Of a DNA stretch of 64,000 bases, positions 11,809 to 22,866 are shown piece after piece. Every line of letters starts with the position of its first letter. Position 1 is the first letter of the stretch. This DNA comes from Octopus bimaculoides (lineage: Eukaryota): NCBI RefSeq assembly GCF_001194135.2, contig NC_068998.1, positions 12,325,183 through 12,389,182 on the forward strand, given 5' to 3'. Position numbers and translations under genes: made by a program. Under the pieces are notes generated by a model, which was given only the letters and a program-made list of their open reading frames with translations, did no database searches and was not told where the DNA came from.

Positions 11809-12082
11809 CGTGCATCCGCTTCTCGAGAGAGCGGATATAAATTCAAAATTTGGATAATATTTTCACTAATTGTTGCGTGCCTATGTAATCGAGAACCCTT
11901 CCATTCCTAATACTTGAACCTTCAGAACATACAACATTCAACTGCATGAGAGAGAATGGGAGACAGAATGGGAGAGAGAAAGAGAGAGTGAGAGAGAGAA
12001 AGAGAGATAGAGAGATAGAGAGATAGAGATAGATAGATAGATAGAGAGTGAGAGAGAGAGAAGGATAGGGGTAGCGTCAGTA

Positions 12083-12195
12083 TCCCGCCGGTACTCACTA
12101 TAGCTGAGCAGATGCAAACAATATGAAATGAAGTACCATGCCCAAGGACATATTGCACCGCTAGGTGACCCGAACATCTTAACCACAAAGCCATA
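12083..12195 (-). mobile_element. Degenerate tRNA-derived SINE, family D
   Basis: Minus strand TGGCTTTGTGGTTAAG...GTCCTTGGGCATGGTAC...CTCAGCT...TGAGTA, similar to 34715-34900. Confidence 0.55.
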
Positions 12196-12317
12196 AATCT
12201 AATCAGAGTTAGCTGAAAACTTGTGACCCTTGAAATACATAGTATTAATAACCGAAAATGAAATCTTTTATTATCCCTTGGGATGGCAGAATAAATTCTT
12301 TGTAATAATTTTATTTT

Positions 12318-12740
12318 CCGTGCTGGCAGAATCGTTAGAACGCTGGCCAAAATGCTTGTATTTCGCCCGTTCTTACATTCTGAGTTCAAATTCCGCCAAG
12401 GTCGACTTTGCCTTTTATCCTTTCAGGAGTCGATAAAATAAATACTAGTTGAGCACTGGAGTCGAAGTAATCGACTTAACCCCTCCCCCAAAATTTGCTG
12501 GCCTTGTGCCAAAATTTGAAATTATTGTTAGTAAGCTGTAAGGCGGTGAAATGGCAGAATCGTTAGCACACCGGGAAAAATACTTAGCGACATTTCGTCC
12601 GTCTTTACGTTCTGAGTTCAGATTCCGTCAAGGTCGACTTTGCTTTTCATCCTTTAGGGGCCGATAAAATAAACATCAGTTGAGCACTGGAGTCAATGTA
12701 ATCGATTTAACCCCTCCCCCAAATTTTCTGGCCTTGAGCC
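12318..12740 (+). mobile_element. Two head-to-tail SINE family A copies
   Basis: 12318-12527 and 12540-12740 each carry TGGCAGAATCGTTAG, GAGTTCA(A/G)ATTCC and the CCCCTCCCCCAAA...GGCCTTG tail. Confidence 0.9.
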
Positions 12741-13504
12741 GAGCCCAATAATTATTATTTCCTATTTGTTTCACTGACATTTACCTTCTTGATGACATAA
12801 TAGTTTGGTATTTCAGTATACAAAAAAAAAGTCTTTTCTCGCTTGTTTGTCTTCTTTATTTTGTGAGTTGGTTGTCTTGAGTTCTGTTCAGGGCATCTTG
12901 GTCACAAACCCAATTAAAGAATACTAAATTTTGTTCCTCTAGATGCACAGGTAATCATATTATTGTATGGGATATATGTATGGTACATTTTGTTTTCTAA
13001 TAAACCTCCATTATTGCTTCTGACGTCTAAATATGTAGCTTGTTGATCATAATCAATATCACGTCTACGTTCAAAATCAAGCCAATTTCGACATAAGCTT
13101 TAAGCACATATTTAAGCAAATACGATACAATCAATATTAAATTGAGGAAAACATTTCTACGTTGATATGAGCTAAAGGATAACAGTTTACTATATGGAAT
13201 GATATTTCTATTACCTACACTCTTGTTTTAGATTTGAGTAACTCTTCCTTACCGTCTTCTGCATATCGGGTAACCAACTACATAAGTACTATTTATATTC
13301 TTATATTCTTTTGGTTACCATTTTTGTACTGTTACTGTTGTTCATGCTAGTTCATTCAGAATATTTATTCCACGTGGTCCGTACAACACACATCTTAGTA
13401 CTATTTCATGAAGTTCTGGCTCTGTTTTAGGATCAGAAATTTCAGCACAAACGATTTTATAATTTGAGCCAACCTTAGCATCTTGTCTTAAGATTATAAA
13501 TATA

Positions 13505-14180
13505 TCAGTATGAGAAAGGTGACGTTTTCAAACTTCTGTAGAATAAGCATGTGGCATTGGTTTGCGCCACCTGCACATGTTTTGGTGAGGAACCATTGTT
13601 GCTGACCTTTCTCTGTCTTTTCTTGGAGGCAACCTTCTCCATGACTTCCACCGTCTCACCCTCCAATGGGGGGGGGGGGAGCNNNNNNNNNNTCACCCTC
13701 CAATGGGGGGGGGGGGGAGCTTTTCTTTTTCCTGCTCCACGGCCCTAGGGGCAGTTCTTCCTGATATGGCCAGGCTCCAGGTACAGGTGACACTTGGGGT
13801 GGCGTCCTTTGAGTATTACCGGGTACCTGCACCCGACCATCTTAAAAAAATCAGGAAAAACAAGGTCTTTAGTGGATTGGGTCCAAAGGGTCAAAACAAC
13901 TTTTGCCCCGACCCAATCAGCTACAGGCTTCATAGTGACACTCAAGAGCCTGGAATTTCTGCCACCCAGACCCCTGCGAACAGTATCTTCTATCCACTGG
14001 GGATTTATCCCGGGAGACAGCCCACACACCCAGGCTCTTATGAGTTTCCTCCCACAATATGTGGGGAGGAAAAAATGTCCTGGCCCTCTAAGAGCTTGCT
14101 TGCAAATTTGCAAGCTTTCTCGGGGTGCCAAACAGCAACCACACCGTTGCATATTTGGCCCTCCGAGATATATGTTTGAT
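13505..14180 (-). mobile_element. Gag-like ORF1 fragment of a non-LTR element (L1/Tx1-type) with a zinc knuckle
   Basis: GRHPKCHLYLEPGHIRKNCP is a CX2CX4HX4C knuckle with one C to Y change; a premature TAG is followed by a proline-rich/basic tail. Clade assignment is inferred. Confidence 0.6.
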
Positions 14181-14672
14181 ACTTGGCAGATAATCTGCCA
14201 ACTCTTTTTCTATTTTATCCTTGTTAAATTGGACGATGGTGTTGAGCGACCTAGAATAGCTATTTTCACTTCAAATAAATAATTACGGTTAACCATATAC
14301 CATTTTCTATTATTGGTTTTTACCAATACTCAGCCATGTTTGCTGAGTGCCGGCACAGACTGTCGAGGAAGGTATTAAAGCCTAATACTATACCGTCCCC
14401 GAACAACTGAACAAAGTTTTGTTCGAAAGTTGTGTGCATTTTCTTGGAATCGAACAATACACACCCTATACGATCATAACGTGAGCCCATTGTGCCGATG
14501 GGTTTTCCAGGTGTGTTAAGGAGCTGAACAACAGAATATCTCGAAAATATTTCTAAACACGTGAAGAAATTCGGCTGCCCTTTCTCGTGTTGAGCACAAA
14601 TGTATCTTAGTAAATGGTATTTTAATAGAATAAAAACTAATATTAAAGTCATGAAATGAAAATATCCTCTTA

Positions 14673-14699
14673 TGACGTCAGCTGCCTATGGCCAATCAG
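14673..14699. promoter_or_regulatory. CRE palindrome plus CCAAT box (candidate promoter motifs)
   Basis: TGACGTCA at 14673-14680 and GGCCAATCAG at 14690-14699; motif match only. Confidence 0.25.
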
Positions 14700-15719
14700 G
14701 AAACACCACATTATTGCCTCACTGCTATCAACTGAAGGCAAGAATTGTCTAGTACATGTGGTTTTGTCAAGGAGTATTTCTTACATAACTATTATTTGAT
14801 CAACCACTCTACTTTTTCTACAATTTCAATGTTAAGCTTAGTTTTCTTCATAGCCTTTCTAATCCTGCAGGCTAACTCTCCATACGACATAGCCACTACG
14901 AACATTACCCCTTGAAATATCTTTGCGTTTTACCACGTGTTTGTTCTGTTTGAGTTTGCCCTAATCCTTTGTATTCTGTTCCAATGTTTGCCTCTGTACC
15001 TAAGGCTGGTTCCACTGGCTTCCTTACTTATGATGTCATCTAAATTCTTCCTACTTCCCCTGTACACTCTGACTCTATCTCTCTGGCTGTAGCTAGATAA
15101 CTGCATGCGGAACATAAATCCTGTACATTTCACAACATGTCCACCCTGTGCATCCCATGAGGTTTTTAGTGTCTTCAAAATTGACCAAGGAAAGAAGACA
15201 GAAACCGTAGCACACGCATGGATGCAGTAGGAAGCAGGGCATCAATATATCAAATCCTCCTCCAACCGTAGGATAATTCGATATCTTTCGAATTCAACAG
15301 GTACCAAGTCCAAAATGCTTGCCATAGATTGGGTTCCGGTAGAGGAAACTAATATCCTAGTAGTAATGTTAAATTGAGTGACGGATAAGGTTATTGGCTA
15401 ACATACAATATGACCCGGTGCAAAACGACAACGTTGACATGATGTGGTGGCTGGCAAAACGTAATAAATACAAAAATACATCTGACAATAATTACTAGAA
15501 TAATGAGCAGCGAATTGTCCTCTTCATGCCTTTCGTAGAGCAAAGATTCCCTTGTAGCTAGGTGCATCTGTCCTGACTTCAGCTACCTCCCCTCACTAAA
15601 ATGATCTTGTGGAGCTTCGTCTCGGCAGTGAAACAAGATATCTGTCTACCTTTTTTTCCCTAAAGGCAATTGACTGATTGATGAAAGAAACAATCAAAGT
15701 ACAATCAAGAAGAAACGGT

Positions 15720-16445
15720 CATTCTTCAACCCCAAAGAAGATATCATCTTTGCCGATAACATTGCTCTTTCCTCCCAGCGTCACATTAACATGGAAGAGG
15801 AGGTCACAGGAATGAGCGTAGCATGCATAGAAGTTGGTCTCAAGATCGATATTGCGAAGACAAAAAGCATGCAAGTGCACACGACTGAAGATGTCAGCTT
15901 TACAGTCAGAAGAGAAGGAATGGAAAATGTCAGTCATTTTACATACCTGGGAAGCGAAACGGACCGAGGCGTAAAAACAAGGACTGGAAAAGCTACAGCT
16001 GCTTTCTGGATGTTCGGTCATCTGGAGATTACAGACTTTGTCAACAAACGCAACACTCAAGATTTTTAATACAAACATTTATGCTGTACACATGTGAAGC
16101 ACATCGAATCACAAAGCTTTCAGTCAACAAGCTCCATATGTCTGTGAATAAATGTCTCCAGACCATCCGTCGGGTGTGATGGCAAGACGGACTCAGAAAG
16201 AAAGCTTCGTGGAACCAGGTGGAAGCAACAATCTGTCGAAAGTTAGTTCAGAAGCGGATTGGTTTGGACGCACGCTTCGTGAGCCTGTTTCCAACATTAG
16301 CACTCAAGCTTTCCTATGGACACACCATAGGAGACGGAAGCGTGGTAAGCTAAAATCAACACGGGGAAGGACCACAGAAAGTGAAGCACAGTCAGACTGC
16401 TACACCTGGGGACAACTGCAATTTATTGACCGTAAATGGATTTGA
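15720..16445 (+). mobile_element. RTE-clade LINE, degenerate 3' RT region
   Basis: VGLKIDIAKTKSM...ENVSHFTYLGS...RTGKATAAF...LYTCE...RKRGKLKSTRGRT...YTWGQL, typical of the RTE C-terminus, with frameshifts. Confidence 0.8.
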
Positions 16446-17217
16446 ACTTAGATTGTTAAGAGCATATATATCGCAATGTATATTTTTCTGACGATTTTAC
16501 GATTCTGCCAGGTTACCGGCTGGGTAGCTCCATAGTATAATGGCAATAAAGAACGGTAATAAATTATCAACAGTGAAAAGAACGTACACAAGAAAGAAAA
16601 TTTATAGATATACATATCACAAGCGGAAAATCACAGTAAAAACGTTCTTGTCACGATTCCCGCAAAAGATTTTCTACGTATTTTGCTGTTAGTATTTTCG
16701 GAGTTTCGAAATGATTTCTCGTCGACAAAAAGAAAACCCAGATTTTCAAACCACTTGTATTGATTATTTGAAGAGGTAATTGAAGATTTGGTATACATAC
16801 AGTAACAATGATTATGACGGCACAATGACTAAAACGCGTCACTTTTGCAGTCACATTTCGAATTCGAAGGAAAAATGTCAAGATTATCGGAATTTTTCGC
16901 AGAAGTTATCTGATAGAAACTTTTTGTTTACCGAAATCTAAATCCAAACTTTTTTGCTTCTACAGAATATTGAATAAATATTTTTGATATAGCTATGACC
17001 ACTATAACCACTGAAGCTAAAATGTGAAAGCTGTAACTTTCACTGTTTCAATCCCGAAGGCTGATGTCGTTCGCAATGTTGGTATCACTTCCTAGTATTT
17101 TTTATATTGAAGTACATTGCTTCTCTTTCAGATTTATGTTAAAGTACATCTGTCCAAATATTACGAGATTTCATGAATGTAAACACGCTGTGTGATTTTG
17201 AGTAGCGTTTACTTCTA

Positions 17218-18409
17218 ACACATGACAGAAGTAAATAGACACGCCATAAAACATCATTTTATGTTTATTCTAACTTGTAATGGTTTATATTTTTTATTAA
17301 TTGACATTTTTATGTTTCAGGTTCTATGTGTTTAATCTATATGTCTGTTTAATCATGCCATGTACAAAAGAAGCCTTGGAACTGTCTGAATTTCAAAGAG
17401 GCCGTATCGTGGGTCATAGCGTAAAATCGCAGAAAACCTTGGGATCCCGCTTTCTACAGTTAATAGAGTGATTGTGCAATTCACCAGAGAGGAGAAGGAG
17501 TCCACATCACCTCGCCCAGATCAACTAGAGCCCTCTGACAGGACCCATCTCTTTGCTAAGAGAAGTGTAGAATATAATTCTCGTTGCAAGGCCTCTGACG
17601 TAGCAGAAGAAGTTGATGTCAGTCCCAGAACAGCTGTCAGGTATCTCCACAAACTTGGTTACTTTGGAAGAGTAGCAAGAAGGAAGTCACTTCTTTGACC
17701 AACCAACATCAAGTGGAGAAAAAATTGAGCCAATGAGATGGTGGAGAGACCACTAGCATTTTGGGACACTGCTATATTCTCTGATGACTCCAGATTTGCT
17801 GTATTTTGTGACATTGGTCGAGTGTGGGTCTGGAGACTCTGTGATCAAGAATTTGATGTGAAAAGATTGCAACCAACAATGAAACACGGCAACTACTCTG
17901 TGATGGTCTGGGGAGCAATTTGGAGCAATGGGATCATAGTTGGTGGAGTGTGAGGGAAACATAAATTCAGATAAATGTGTCCATATTTCAGAAAGGACTC
18001 CTAATCTTCTCTAGTGGCGAAATGATTAAAGAAAGCTAAAATGACCCAAGATTTGTTGGATGACAATGCCATTGAAAAACTTCCATGGCTAAGCCAGCCA
18101 CCAGATACGAGCCCTATTGAACACCTCTGTAACATAATGTACAAGACACTCCATAAAAAGAACAAGAAAGTATCGTATCTTCAAAGCCAGATATTTTGAG
18201 ATTATTGCATGAAACTTGGCAAGAAATTCCGCAACAGAATATTCGTCATCTGATCAGTAACATGCCTAATAGGGTCCTCGCATTGAAAACTTCAATGGGC
18301 ATGTCTATTGAATATTAAATATTCATATTATAACAATTAATAAATAATTTGAATGTATAATTTTAGATTTAAATAAATTTTAATGGTGTCTATTTACTTC
18401 TGTTATCTC
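17218..18409 (+). mobile_element. Tc1-family DNA transposon, decayed, with both TIRs
   Basis: TIR core ACAGAAGTAAATAGACAC at 17225-17242 and inverted at 18386-18403; flanking TA dinucleotides; transposase pieces MPCTKEALELSEFQRGRIVG, FSDDSRF, VMVWGAI, DDNA, SQPPDTSPIEHL. Confidence 0.92.
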
Positions 18410-18411
18410 TA

Positions 18412-18429
18412 AATACATACATACATACA

Positions 18430-18505
<76 letters not shown>

Positions 18506-18530
18506 TACACACACACACACACACACACAT
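18412..18530. repeat. Compound (TACA)n(TA)n(CA)n microsatellite
   Basis: Seen directly, starting at the TA end of the Tc1 element. Confidence 0.95.
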
Positions 18531-18781
18531 TAAAAACTAGAATATATACATGTACTTAAACGCACGCCTATAAACCAATAAATGGTTTACAATTATCTTT
18601 TCATGCATTAATTATTGTTAAACACTTAAAAAAATCCAAATTTGTAGTTGATTGTTGGTTGTTATCCATGATTGAATCGATCCACTTTGTCAATATTCAT
18701 CTGTAGGCATTTTAATAACCCTTGTTAATTATTGATTGATGTCTTGCTCTTAATACAGTACTTCTACACACCAATAGCAAT

Positions 18782-19022
18782 TTAGGCGGCGAGCTGGGAG
18801 AAACGTTAGCACGCCGGGCGAAATGCTCAGCGGTATTTCGTCTGCCCGCTATGTTCTGAGTTCAAATTCCGCCGAGGTCGCCTTTGCCTTTGCCTTTCAT
18901 CCTTTCGGGGTCGATTAAATAAGTACCAGTTACGCACCGGGGTCGATATAATCGATTTAATCCGTTTGTCTGTCCTTGTTTGTCCCCTCTGTGTGTAGCC
19001 CCTTGTGGGTAGTAAAGAAATA
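18782..19022 (+). mobile_element. Full-length SINE family A copy with a variant tail, in the putative 5'UTR intron of GPCR copy 3
   Basis: Intact head GGCGGCGAGCTGG...GTTAGC, B-box GAGTTCAAATTCC, tail CCCCTTGTGGGTAGTAAAGAAATA. Confidence 0.9.
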
Positions 19023-19153
19023 ACACTAATATCTATTTAGAAAATTCAAGAATAATACCTTACTTTCTTTTATAGATATAGTTTTTATTTTGTAAAATAC
19101 ATGTTGACTGTGTTTCCTAGAATTATGCTTAATAGTTCTAGCAAGTTCTTAAA

Positions 19154-19172
19154 CTGACCTTTTTCTTTTCAG
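19154..19172 (+). promoter_or_regulatory. 3' splice acceptor upstream of GPCR copy 3
   Basis: CTGAC (branch-point consensus), CTTTTTCTTTT tract and CAG, 86 nt before the ATG; equivalent sites occur in copies 2 and 4. Confidence 0.65.
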
Positions 19173-19258
19173 AATGTGCAAGGGACATCATTCCAAATCA
19201 AAAGGCTGTTTTCGTCGTTTCTAAAGATATTTCCAAGAAGTTGAAGAAAAATAAGAAA

Positions 19259-20320
19259 ATGGAAAAAAACAATAACGTCAACAATTGTACTAATATTATG
19301 GAAGAACTAAACGCTAAAATGGTGAACGTTTATTTACCTGTATTATTATATCTCGGAACGGTTATGACTTTGGGAGTAATTGAAAATTTCATTGTAATAT
19401 ATGTATACTACTATAAGTTTGATGAATCAGCCACTCAGGTGTTTATTGTAACGCTCTCTGCGTGCGATTTTCTGACGTGCATAATATGTATACCTATGGA
19501 AATTGTGATTCTACATTTTTCATTCACTTTTCACAGCGATATTGCATGCCGTGTGGTACATTTTACGACAGCTGTAGCAGTAACCAATTCAGCTATGATT
19601 ATATTCCTTATATCAGTCGATAGATTCAGACTTGTATGTCAACCTTTTAATCAACAAATTTCCCCTCAAAATGCAAAGAAAATTCTAGGATTTTCAGCAA
19701 TCTGCTCTTTAATTCTTTGTACACCATCATTATTTGTGTACAGTAAACAAAATAGAATGGTGAAACAATGTGGAAATATCGGAGAAGAGTGTTCACTTGG
19801 TCCCTATTTAAATTCCGCAGTATATCCCTTTGCGTATTATATTTTAATAGTCACTGTTTTCTCTTTGGTCTTTATTTTACTCGTACTCATATACATAAAA
19901 ATTGGAAGAAAGATCTTCCAAATTTACAAAGCAAAGAAAAATAATAGAGCCAATACATTTCTTGTATTTACTATGCTCCAAAGCATGCTATCAGATAATG
20001 ATTGGGTAGAGGATAAAGAACCCGCTACGAAGCAGAGAAGACATTCAATGCATCCAAATCGGACTAATTTAATTTTGTTCATCATCACTTTGGTCTGGTG
20101 TATATGCTTTTTCCCATATTTCACGGCAGTGTTCTGGCGATTGTTAACTAAACGTTTTAGTGAAACTACAAGTGATAAAGAAAAAATTCTTTATAAATTG
20201 TTAATGTGTTCTTATTACCTCAACGGGACTCTTAACCCATTAGTTTACGGACTTTTCGGTCGGCAGTTTCGTATTGAATTAATAAGTTTATTTCATGAAA
20301 CTTCCCACTTCTTTAAATAA
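19259..20320 (+). CDS. GPCR copy 3: intact class A orphan GPCR, 353 aa, single coding exon
   Basis: Seven hydrophobic segments, LSACD (TM2), C3.25, DRF, ECL2 Cys, CFFPY (TM6), NPLVY then helix 8 FGRQFR, N-terminal sequon NCT. The ORF track starts at an upstream TTG; the first in-frame ATG is 19259 and aligns with the copy 4 start. Confidence 0.93.
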   Translation: MEKNNNVNNCTNIMEELNAKMVNVYLPVLLYLGTVMTLGVIENFIVIYVYYYKFDESATQVFIVTLSACDFLTCIICIPMEIVILHFSFTFHSDIACRVVHFTTAVAVTNSAMIIFLISVDRFRLVCQPFNQQISPQNAKKILGFSAICSLILCTPSLFVYSKQNRMVKQCGNIGEECSLGPYLNSAVYPFAYYILIVTVFSLVFILLVLIYIKIGRKIFQIYKAKKNNRANTFLVFTMLQSMLSDNDWVEDKEPATKQRRHSMHPNRTNLILFIITLVWCICFFPYFTAVFWRLLTKRFSETTSDKEKILYKLLMCSYYLNGTLNPLVYGLFGRQFRIELISLFHETSHFFK

Positions 20321-20889
20321 TAAAATATCGAATTTCATGAAATATCGTCACTTTGCAATCTTTCATAAATGAAGGCTACAAGTTCTGTTTTAGTCTAACA
20401 TTTTTGAACGAGTATTTTTTTTTAACCACTGATGTACATGATGTGTGCAAATGAAACAACTTTTGATAAATAGAATTAAACGATATTTTAAAACGAATGT
20501 TACAAATACACAAATCTAATCCAAATATATTCGGTCAATATTTGTTATCTACATTGTATATTGAGTGAAACGCTGAAAAATGTCGGGTTCATGAAGATAT
20601 CTAATACAGTATCTACAATAAAAATATTATCCATGCAAAATTTACTAACCATATCTCTTTCAAATCACACCCTCCATCATCAACAGAAACAATAAGCTAG
20701 ATGACGGAGTTCTAGATTTGTTTTATGGGTTAGTCAGATAATGAAGGGCGGCTTCTGTGATAACCGGAATCAGTTGGGGAAAGGAAAGGACAAAGGAAAC
20801 ACGTATCACGTGTATGCTGTTGTAATAAGTAGAGAATTGAAGTATTAAGATCTTGTCTGAAAGCTTACAGCAAAGTGTTTTATTTATTT

Positions 20890-21174
20890 ATGCGCCCTTT
20901 CAAAGCCTCATGGGCCCGGTTTCCCGGTTTCTATGTCGTATGTGTTCCCCCCAGCTGGACTGTACGCCAGTCCATCGCAGCGTTACTCAAGAAATTGGAA
21001 GAAAGAGTGAAAGAAAGTTGGGGCGAAAGAGTACAACAGGGGTCGCCACCACCCCCTACTGGAGCCTCGTGGAGCTATAGGTGTTTTCGCTCAATAAACA
21101 CACACAACGCCCGGTCTGGGAATCGAAACCGCGATCCTCCGACCGCGAGTCCGCTGCCCTAACTACTGGGCCAT
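20890..21174 (-). mobile_element. tRNA-derived SINE family C, near full length
   Basis: Minus-strand head TGGCCCAGTAGTTAGGGCAGCGGACTCGCGG...GGTTTCGATTCCC (A and B boxes); highly similar to 29683-29948. Confidence 0.9.
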
Positions 21175-21600
21175 ACAGCAAAGTATAAACCAGAGAAAAA
21201 AAAAACAAAAAAACTGATATTGGTGTTAAACGGGAGGACTGATTCGCTTTCATATACAATACACACTATAACTAGAAGAAGACGGTGGCCTCAAGGCATA
21301 AACATCTGTACTGACCTAGCGTTAAACAACAATAACAACATTGATGCGAGCTGATGGCCAGCAAGACGTCGTAAAAAATAACAATATACGTCCGAGGATT
21401 ATTATTACAGTCATGTATAGGCTTACAGAATATTATTATTATTATTAATATTAATATTATTATTATTATTATTATTTGCAATTTATCTGTTATTATGCCA
21501 GGCCACCGCCTTGGACCGATTTAGTTAAATGTATTCATTTGATCGACCCCCGTAAGAAATAATAGTAAAGATTACCTGAACACAGAATATAAACATTACT

Positions 21601-21926
21601 CTTTTACTCTGTTTCAGTCATTTGACTGTGGCCATGCTGGAGCACCGCCTTTAGTCGAGCAAATCGACCCCAGGACTTATTCTTCGTAAAAGTAGCCTGT
21701 GGTATATATATATGTATGTGTGTGTATATGTTTGTGTGTTTGTCCCCCCCCAACTTCGCTTGACAACCGATGCTGGTGTGTTTACGTCCCCGTAACTTAG
21801 CCGTTCGGCAAAAGAGACCAATAGAATAAGTACTAGGCTTACAAAGAATAAGTCCTGGGGTGGATTTGTTCGACTAAAGGCGGTGCTCCAGCATGGCCAC
21901 AGTCAAATGACTGAAACAAGTAAAAG
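21601..21926. mobile_element. Inverted pair of SINE family B 3' ends
   Basis: 21601-21689 is the reverse complement of 21839-21926 with 3 substitutions and 1 indel. Confidence 0.9.
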
Positions 21927-22535
21927 AATAAAAGACAATATACTGCAACTTCTAGTTAGGTTTACTATAGAGGTTACGTTAGGCATATTAATTCCAATTA
22001 AAACACGCGGATTTTGCTTAGCAGTAAAAGTAGTATACTTTGCAACATATGGACCGGATCTCCCACCATCTCATAGAACTTGAAATTAATCAAACAATCA
22101 TCAACTCTATTCCTCACACTAGCGTCAGTATGGCCAAAAACATGTATAGATGATAGGCTTAACATGTTTCAACATATCAAAATTGAATATTGTTTTAATT
22201 ATCTCACTGGATGTTATCAGTTGTAAACACAATGATATAAAAACATAGACAAGTTCGTTAATTGCTTATGGAACAAATGTTCATTAAGATCACATATCTG
22301 TCTGATGTGTGAAATCATAGAGGAAAGCTAGGTAAGTTATTCTATTATCGCATTCTGCGAAAATAATGGCAGTAAAAAATCATGGTAGAACAAAAAAAGA
22401 ATAATAAAAATAAAAAAATAAACGAAATTCTTAGGAAACTTAAGTTGTAGTGAAGTCTCAGACAGCCATAAGTACTTTTGGAGTGTTACTTATAAGAACT
22501 GTATTATGACATTACAATGATTTCAATACCCTGCT

Positions 22536-22866
22536 GTTTGATTTCAGTCTCACTGCGTGGCACCTTCGGCGTGTGTTGGCTTGAAGCTATAGTTCTACTA
22601 TAGCTTCAGGCCAACCAAAGCCTCCTGAGTGGATTTGGTAGGTAGAAACTGAAAAAAGCCCGTCTTATATATATGTGTGTAACTTTGTGTCTGTGTTTGT
22701 CCCTCCACCACCGCTTGACAACTGGTATTAGTGTATATACGCTCTCCGTAACTTAGTGGTTCGATAAAAGAAACCGATAGAATAAGTACTGGGGCCGATT
22801 CGTTCGACTAAAATTCTTCAAGACGGTGCCCCGACATGACCGCAGGCTAATGGCTGAAACAAAAGA
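22536..22866 (+). mobile_element. SINE family B copy with an internal palindrome
   Basis: Aligns to 60455-60858 except for an inverted duplication at 22575-22615. Confidence 0.85.

Noticed and set aside
14320-14652. 110-aa minus-strand ORF
   Set aside because: Non-ATG start and no recognisable domain; cannot support a gene call.
14880-15180. 82-aa minus-strand ORF, possibly retroelement-derived
   Set aside because: No diagnostic motif, so it could not be assigned.
21120-21174. tRNA-like sequences here and at other SINE heads
   Set aside because: They continue into SINE bodies and lack a full cloverleaf; not tRNA genes.
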